From: Macrostomum hystrix
Taxonomy: Eukaryota; Animalia; Platyhelminthes
Assembly: GCA_950097015.1 (NCBI GenBank)
Contig: CATNEN010000029.1
Coordinates: forward strand, 6,262,001 to 6,326,000
Length of the DNA stretch: 64,000 nucleotides
Reading direction: 5' to 3'
Shown: positions 56,437-64,000 of the stretch, one piece after another
Numbering within the stretch: position 1 is the first letter of the stretch
Layout: each line of letters begins with the position of its first letter
The notes under the pieces: model-generated
The model's input: only the letters and a program-made list of their open reading frames with translations
Told to the model about the DNA's origin: nothing
The model's database searches: none
Translations under genes and position numbers: made by a program

Positions 56437-56959
56437 CTCGTCTAATTCACTCTACCAGCTGAAATCATACTTGCACTCTACAAACTATATTGTGTCGAGA
56501 ATACCTTAGATTTTCTATCATACTTTATCTACCTTTATCACGAAAAATTATACATTTTTATAGGCAATTTCAAGTGCTCTCTGTCGTTTTAGAATGCTGG
56601 CGAGCAAACAGGCGCCCCCCACTATGCAAACTCCTTTTTTATGCTCCCGCTCAGGCTAAATTAGAGGAAAAATACCCATTTTTCCTTACCTAACCACCGC
56701 CGGCTCTCACACCATTCTCCCCGACCCTTTATAATTCTTACTGATGCTCGTTATCGTGAAGTGGAAAGAGACCAGGCCTAAGACCGATTTAGGGCGATTG
56801 GAGTGAGTTAAAGAAGCTATGCTCCGACTTGGGATTTGGGAGTTAGGGATGGGTGGAGGTGGGGCAAATCCCCAGTTTCGTTGCCTAAATCGGTTGACTA
56901 GCTCCCGCATCACCCCAGCCCCACAAATCCCACACACTCTCTTAATCTTCCCCACTCAG

Positions 56960-57031
56960 TGAGTCATCAGCCAATTCAACTAAAACCCAAGTAAATTCAA
57001 CTGGATATAAAAGACAGACTTGTTCTTCACT
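56960..57031 (+). promoter_or_regulatory. Candidate + strand Pol II promoter (AP-1 site, CCAAT, TATAAAA, Inr-like)
   Basis: TGAGTCA at 56960-56966, CCAAT at 56971-56975, TATAAAA at 57006-57012 and TTCACT at 57026-57031, in promoter-like order. Confidence 0.35.
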
Positions 57032-58309
57032 ATCGGTGCGTTAGAGACGGCTCCGCTCATCGCTAGGTCGAGAGTTCGAGTCTGCAACTCAGCGCAATAG
57101 CTGTTGAGGTAGCTAATTGCTGGGATCGACACAGCCACTTCCCCAGGGGAGGCGAGGCGGGAGCGAGTGATGTGAGAGCGAGTTGAGGATTAAAAAAATC
57201 CACGATTGGGATCTGAGCAATCGTCACACCTCCCCCCCTAGGGGCTGGGTGGGGTTGGAATGATTCGTCAGAGCGGCCGGTTCCCGAGTCTTCCACACTT
57301 GAGAAAAATCCCAATTTTCTTTTACTCCGCGACACGAAGCGTCAAATTGAGCTTAATTTCCTGCTTTTTTACATAATTCCCCTTTCGTCTGCGGGCCACG
57401 GATGGCTAAATTTCTGATTCCCATTTACGTCTAAGTACGAAATCTTCCCCCTAGATCCTCAACCGCTGACAGTTTCGCAAGACTTCAGGAAGTTTAAACT
57501 AAAAAATGCTGCCGTTTTTACTTAACCAAGTTGGCCAAATGCTGTTGTACAACTGTACAGTCCGCGGACTGGATTTAATCTCAGAAGAGATTGAATAATA
57601 ATGATAATACTAATTGCATGCTAAATTTAACTAGCCTAGGACAAACAGGAGCGGCCGAAATGTCAAACCCGACCCGGTGGATAATTATGCAAACTTCCGC
57701 GCCCCCGGATTTGGGGAGCAGGGAGATGGGAAAAATTTCTAAAGGCGGAGTCAAAATCCATGACGGGGAATTATGATCCCATCTGTCTATAGAAAAAGAG
57801 GGATATACTAGAGAGCTTGGGAGAAGTAGGAGTAGAAATGGGGAAAAAGAGGAAGTGGCTTGACAACGTCCCGCTTTGTCAATAGCGCCGCTGAATCGCT
57901 GCGGGTCGGTGCAATTGAATTTTATCCCCCTTGGAAAATTCGACCCCCGCTTTCGCTTTGCATTATTCTCCCCTCTAATTTTGCCAATTATGTTGACTAT
58001 ATTCATAAATAGGCAAGCGGCGGACCCATCTGTTTTTATTTCGGTGTCCAAGCACACACACCGGGCGGAATCGAACCCCTGATGACGTCACGCTTAGAGA
58101 TTGGTCGCGGGTCAATGGTTCGCCAGGATTATTATGCAACAAAAAGCACCGCCTAGTACCATCCGCTGGGGTCACTTTCTCTTATAATTATGCCATAAAA
58201 CCCGAAAACTCGACGCTTGGTAGGATCTAGTGAACATCTTTGTAGTCGCTGGCGAGCTGGCGAACAAAGTCTATTTTGTTAGATTTAACTGACAGACAGG
58301 AGGGCAGTG

Positions 58310-58585
58310 GGCAGTGGCACATAACTTGGTGACAATGGATCCGCAGCCAGCGAGAAGGCGATTCCGCCCATTTCGCTGACTCCTGAGCACACAGTTCGTG
58401 TACATCTGCCCAGGCAGTGTGCACTCTCACTGTGCCTTGGAGGTTGGCTCTCAAAGGACGTAAATTGTACTCGTATGACAGCCCCCCAAGCCTTCTCTCC
58501 GCGGCTGCGCCCCCAAATGAATGTGGCCTCGCCGCGGAATCGAGCTCAGGAACCTTGGTGCGAGAGCTCTGCCACTCACCACCGT
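58310..58585 (-). mobile_element. SINE-like family B, second copy
   Basis: Reverse-complement match to 13156-13352 over about 200 bp. Confidence 0.7.
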
Positions 58586-59235
58586 ACAGTCCGTGGACTG
58601 TGAGGCCATTATACTCGAATGTCAACCCCAACTGGCTACAAACTAATATTACTACCTGTGCAGCCTACAACAAGTTTTGTGGAGGTTGAAAGAGGATTAA
58701 AATGTTGATAATGTTACAATACGGTCTATGTTACTCATACTAGACAACAGCTGAACCTTTGACTGAGCCCAGACTGAAACATTCATGCTTGACTTGTAAG
58801 AGGATTAAAAATATTTCCGCAACACAGGGTCCCAGTGCTGTAGGCGCATTCAATAAGCAATATTGCCACCGCCACTGCTGCAGCTGGTGCTAGCCAGACT
58901 AGAAAGCTTATATAGAGAATACGCGCAAGCTATCCTAAAACCTACCTGTGTCTGATAAGCACATGAGCCTAAGCTTGTCACATTGAAGCATGAAATACTG
59001 CAAGCCAGAGCCCGACTTCGTCTTTGTTTGAGACTGAAAAACATGACAGAAAAACATGACAAACACGCTGTGCTCTGCTTACAATCATCTGACCTGTTTA
59101 GATTCGGCTGTCAAATATGGGAAATCGGAGCAACTCACTACTGCAAGTAATCTGCAGTTGATCATTGGAGAAAATTTATTGGTTAAGGATTTCTATCCCA
59201 ATCTAGAAATCTCCCCATCCACCGAAATCTTCCCA

Positions 59236-60360
59236 TTTCTAAAGTCTTCCCATTCCTGAAATCTTCCCATTCCTGAAATCTTCCCAGTCCTGAAATCTTC
59301 CCATTCCTGAAATCTTCCCATTCATAAAATCCTCCCATTTCTAAAGTCTTCCTAGTCATGAAATCTTCCCATTCCTAAAATCTTCCCATTCCTGAAATCT
59401 TCCCATTCCTGAAGTCTCCCCATTCCTGAAGTCTTCCCATTCCTGAAATCTTCCCATTCCTGAAGTCTTCCCATTCCTGAAATCTTCCCATTTCTAAAGT
59501 CTTCCCATTCCTGAAATCCTCCCATGCCTGAAGTCTTCCCATTCCTGAAGTCTTCCCAGTCCTGAAAGCTTCCCATTCCTGAAAGCCTCCCATTCCTGAA
59601 ATCCTCCCATGCCTGAAGTCTTCCCATTCCTAAAATCTTCCCATTCCTGAAATCTTCCCATTCCTGAAGTCTCCCCATTCCTGAAATCTTCCCATTTCTA
59701 AAGTCTTCCCAGTCCTGAAATCTTCCCATTCCTGAAGTCTTCCCATTCCTGAAATCTTCCCATTCATAAAATCTTCCCATTCCTGAAATCTTCCCATTCC
59801 TGAAATCTTCCCATTCCTGAAATCTTCCCATTCCTGAAATCTTCCCATTCCTGAAATCTTCCCATTCCTAAAATCTTCCCATTCCTGAAATCTTCCCATT
59901 CCTAAAATCTTCCCATTCCTAAAATCTTCCCATTCCTGAAATCTTCCCATTCCTAAAATCTTCCCATTCCTAAAGTCTTCCCATTCCTAAAATCTTCCCA
60001 TTCCTAAAATCTTCCCATTCCTGAAATCTTCCCATTCCTAAAATCTTCCCATTCCTAAAATCTTCCCATTCCTGAAATCTTCCCATTCCTGAAATCTTCC
60101 CATTCCTAAAATCTTCCCATTCCTAAAATCTTCCCATTCCTGAAATCTTCCCATTCCTGAAATCTTCCCATTCCTGAAATCTTCCCATTCCTGAAATCTT
60201 CCCATTCCTGAAATCTTACCATTCCTAAAATCTTCCCATTCCTAAAATCTTCCCATTCCTGAAATCTTCCCATTTCTAAAATCTACCCATTCCTAGAATC
60301 TTCCCATTCCTGAAATCTTCCCATTCCTGAAATCCTCCCATTCCTGAAATCTCCCATTCC
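59236..60360. repeat. 17-bp minisatellite TCCCATTCCTGAAATCT, about 66 copies
   Basis: Tandem periodicity. Confidence 0.95.
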
Positions 60361-60873
60361 TTTGCGGAAAAATCTAATTTAGCCGTTTCTGAAGGAAACA
60401 ATTAATTCGCAGGATAAGCTACTTATGTTTTGTATCGCCTCAACAATTAAATGCAAAAAATGAAATAAAACTCACAAAAAACTCAAACCAACGATCTGCA
60501 AGAATATCCCATAGTTGAGGCTGGCAAAGATTCTGACAGGGAGAATAAGAAATCAAATTGTGAGACAGCGAAAGAGCCGCAGAGAGAACGCAGGCAGCTA
60601 GATGGCCCAGTCAAGATAAGCCCGCCAGCTCAGACGCCAAAAAAGAACTGATAGTGGCGGACAACCCAGTCCGATTCCCAGAGAAGTGGGGAAATTTTAC
60701 CACTAGGGAAAACAGGAAGACGGATGAGTCACTGCTGGTACGAGTTCGGATAAATCGAGTCGCCTACCTCCATCGATGAAAATACGGGCTACTAAAAAAC
60801 GAGAAAGTTGAGTCAATCGCAGGTCAAATCACTATTCGGCCAGATGTACAGCCAGTGGCTTTTTATTTAGACG

Positions 60874-61348
60874 GAGATTCGAACTCCCGATCTCATAGTC
60901 TAAACTGAAGCTTAGGCTGAGATTCGAACTCCAGACCTCCCAGCCAAAAGTGAAATTACACTGAGATTCGAACTCCCGATCTCATAGTCTAAACTGAAGC
61001 TTAGGCTGAGATTCGAACTCCAGACCTCTGAATCAAAAGTGAAATTTCACTGAGATTCGAACTCCAGACCTCTCAGTCAAAAGCGAAGCTCAGGCTGAGA
61101 TTCGAACTCCAGACCTCCCAGCCAAAAGTGAAATTACACTGAGATTCGAACTCCCGACCTCTCAGTCAAAAGCGAAGCTCAGGCTGAGATTCGAACTCCA
61201 GACCTCTGAATCAAAAGTGAAATTTCACTGAGATTCGAACTCCAGACCTCTCAGTCAAAAGTGAAATTACACTGAGATTTCGAACTATCGACCTCTCAGT
61301 CAAAAGCGAAACTCAGGTTGAGATTCGAACTCCCGACCTCTCAGTCAA
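60874..61348. repeat. About 43-45-bp tandem repeat, 11 copies, core GAGATTCGAACTCC (Pol III B-box match on the - strand)
   Basis: The core reverse complement GGAGTTCGAATCTC contains GTTCGAATC, which matches GWTCRANNC. Confidence 0.88.
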
Positions 61349-62183
61349 GCTACCTCAGTCCCGAGTTAAGTTGCTGACGAGATAATTAGCCGTAGAAGCT
61401 TCAACAGGCCCAGCAATTAGGTCATCCTGTGAAGGCAGAAAAGCTAGCAACTGACACGTACATGGGGGGGGGGAGAGCAAGTAAGCAGCCTGCTTAAAAA
61501 GAATTTTGAGTGGAAACTTAAGCAGCATGGGATGACGGAGAAAAAAAACCGTGTTTCAGCCAAAACCAGGCAACGTTTTTTAGAAGCAACTTTTTTTCAC
61601 ATTTTAAAGCAGCAATAGTGTGAATTTCTTTGACACTTTTTCAGCACACCTACGTTGGGTTGCTGTGCCGCAAGTGGTTTTCGATTTTTCCCAGCCCACT
61701 CAAAATGAGGCGATTCCTTGTCACCTTATATTTCTGCCCCATGGCCATTTTCTCTATGCTATTTGCCGCCGGCTGAAGAGAAGTTGCAGTTTAATACCTT
61801 ACTTTTTTCTCATTCTCTTTCAGGTGCTGATGAGGTGTTGGAATACTGCTAGAATGGATCTATTTTACTTAAGCTTTGCAGTTTTTGCCGACTTCAAGAA
61901 GAGCAAAGAATTTTTTTGCCAAAGCTTGAGTCGATTTTTTTCCAAGCGACCTTGGCAACTTGAGATTCACTTGGAAACTTTTTTGAAGGGAAAGATTTTT
62001 CTGAGTTTTCTCCATTTCTCGTTAAGAAAGGTTTATTAATCTATAAAATAAAAAATTAGAATGAAACAAGATACTAATGCAATATTCTACATAGCTGTTT
62101 TAGGCACAAAATGTATCACAAATGGGCACGGACGACGCGACGTCAACAGAATTGAAATTGAAAGTTGTATTTTTTTCATAAAA

Positions 62184-63812
62184 AATGACACGCATCAGAC
62201 TGTCATTTCCATGTGCTGAATGACACGCATCAGACTGTCATTTCCATTACCAAAATGACACGCATCAGACTGTCATTTTCATCAATAAAAGGACACGCAT
62301 CAGACTGTCATTTCCATCAATAAAAGGACACGCATCAGACTGTCATTTCCATTAACAAAATGACACGCATCAGACTGTCATTTCCATCAATAAATGGACA
62401 CGGATCAGACTGTCATTTCCATCAATAAATGGACACGGATCAGACTGTCATTTCCATCAATAAAATGACACGCATCAGACTGTCATTTCCATTAACAAAA
62501 TGACACGCATCAGACTGTCATTTCCATTAACAAAATGACACGCATCAGACTGTCATTTTCATCAATAAAAGGACACGCATCAGACTGTCATTTCCATCAA
62601 TAAAATGACACGCATCAGACTGCCATGTCCATCAATAAAATGACACGCATCAGACTGTCATTTCTATGTGCTAAATGACACGCATCAGACTGCCATGTCC
62701 ATCAATAAAATGACACGCATCAGACTGCCATGTCCATCAATAAAATGACACGCATCAGACTGTCATTTCCATCAATAAATGGACACGGATCAGACTGTCA
62801 TTTCCATCAATAAAAGGACACGCATCAGACTGTCATTTCCATTAACAAAATGACACGCATCAGAATGTCATTTCCATCAATAAATGGACACGGATCAGAC
62901 TGTCATTTCCATCAATAAATGGACACGGATCAGACTGTCATTTCCATCAATAAAATGACACGGATGAGACTGTCATTTCCATCAATAAAAGGACACGCAT
63001 CAGACTGTCATTTCCATCAATAAATGGACACGGATCAGACTGTCATTTCCATCAATAAATGGACACGGATCAGACTGTCATTTCCATCAATAAATGGACA
63101 CGGATCAGACTGTCATTTCCATCAATAAATGGACACGGATCAGACTGTCATTTCCATCAATAAATGGACACGGATCAGACTGTCATTTCCATTAACAAAA
63201 TGACACGCATCAGACTGCCATGTCCATCAATAAAATGACACGCATCAGACTGCCATGTCCATCAATAAAAGGACACGCATCAGACTGTCATGTCCATCAA
63301 TAAAATGACACGCACCAGACTGTCATGTCCATCAATAAAAGGACACGCATCAGACTGTCATTTCCATTAACAAAATGACACGCATCAGAATGTCATTTCC
63401 ATCATAAATGGACACGGATCAGACTGTCATTTCCATCAATAAATGGACACGGATCAGACTGTCATTTCCATCAATAAATGGACACGGATCAGACTGTCAT
63501 TTCCATCAATAAATGGACACGGATCAGACTGTCATTTCCATTAACAAAATGACACGCATCAGACTGCCATGTCCATCAATAAAATGACACGCATCAGACT
63601 GCCATGTCCATCAATAAAATGACACGCATCAGACTGTCATGTCCATCAATAAAATGACACGCACCAGACTGTCATGTCCATCAATAAAAGGACACGCATC
63701 AGACTGTCATGTCCATCAATAAAATGACACGCATCAGACTGTCATGTCCATCAATAAAATGACACGCATCAGACTGCCATTTCCATCAATAAAATGACAC
63801 GCATCAGACTGT
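62184..63812. repeat. 35-bp minisatellite ATGACACGCATCAGACTGTCATTTCCATCAATAAA, about 46 copies
   Basis: Head-to-tail units with an internal inverted repeat (AAATGACA..TGTCATTT) and no spacers. Confidence 0.95.
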
Positions 63813-64000
63813 CTGTGGTGGTCCTGGGCACAAATCTGTGCGTGCTTTTGTGAGTATATCTGTTTGAGCAGACCAGGCGCGAGAATAAAATCATTGTCCA
63901 AGCTGTTCAGCGTGGGTTAAGTAGTCTCTAACAATTTTGGTGTCCCGCTGTGTGATATGAGATACTCATTAAAAGCCAGCTCGCTGCGGTAACTCACTTA

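Noticed and set aside
62184-63812. CRISPR-like palindromic 35-bp direct repeats
   Set aside because: The units are head-to-tail with no unique spacers, there are no cas genes, and the context is eukaryotic.

Overview
Eukaryotic (invertebrate metazoan) genomic DNA with GC-rich exons and long AT-rich introns. About half of the window (my estimate is roughly 31 kb) is tandem repeat. Two spliced genes can be rebuilt by hand. (1) A 4-exon TNF-superfamily ligand, a type II membrane protein of about 258 aa, lies on the + strand at 2104-3562. (2) A complete 13-exon Eph receptor tyrosine kinase lies on the - strand, CDS 53344 to 7401, 3165 nt, 1054 aa. It has a signal peptide, ligand-binding domain, Cys-rich region, two FN3 domains, a TM helix, a juxtamembrane [10 protein letters not shown] motif, an intact kinase, a SAM domain and a C-terminal YMV PDZ-binding motif; all intron phases are consistent. 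Most Eph introns carry their own mini- or microsatellite, often right at a splice site. Two tRNA-derived SINE families are present. The most unusual observations concern splicing: a 57-bp array that multiplies the exon 3 acceptor in frame, whose core is complementary to a 12-nt element just after the exon 2 donor; a 30-bp array that starts at the exon 6 donor and stays open in frame for about 1090 codons; inverted SINEs bracketing exons 4-5; and a symmetric 39-nt juxtamembrane microexon. The architecture resembles a minisatellite-rich flatworm genome such as Macrostomum, but this is an unverified impression. There is no CRISPR array, rRNA or true tRNA. The very long ORFs in the ORF track are by-products of the repeats.
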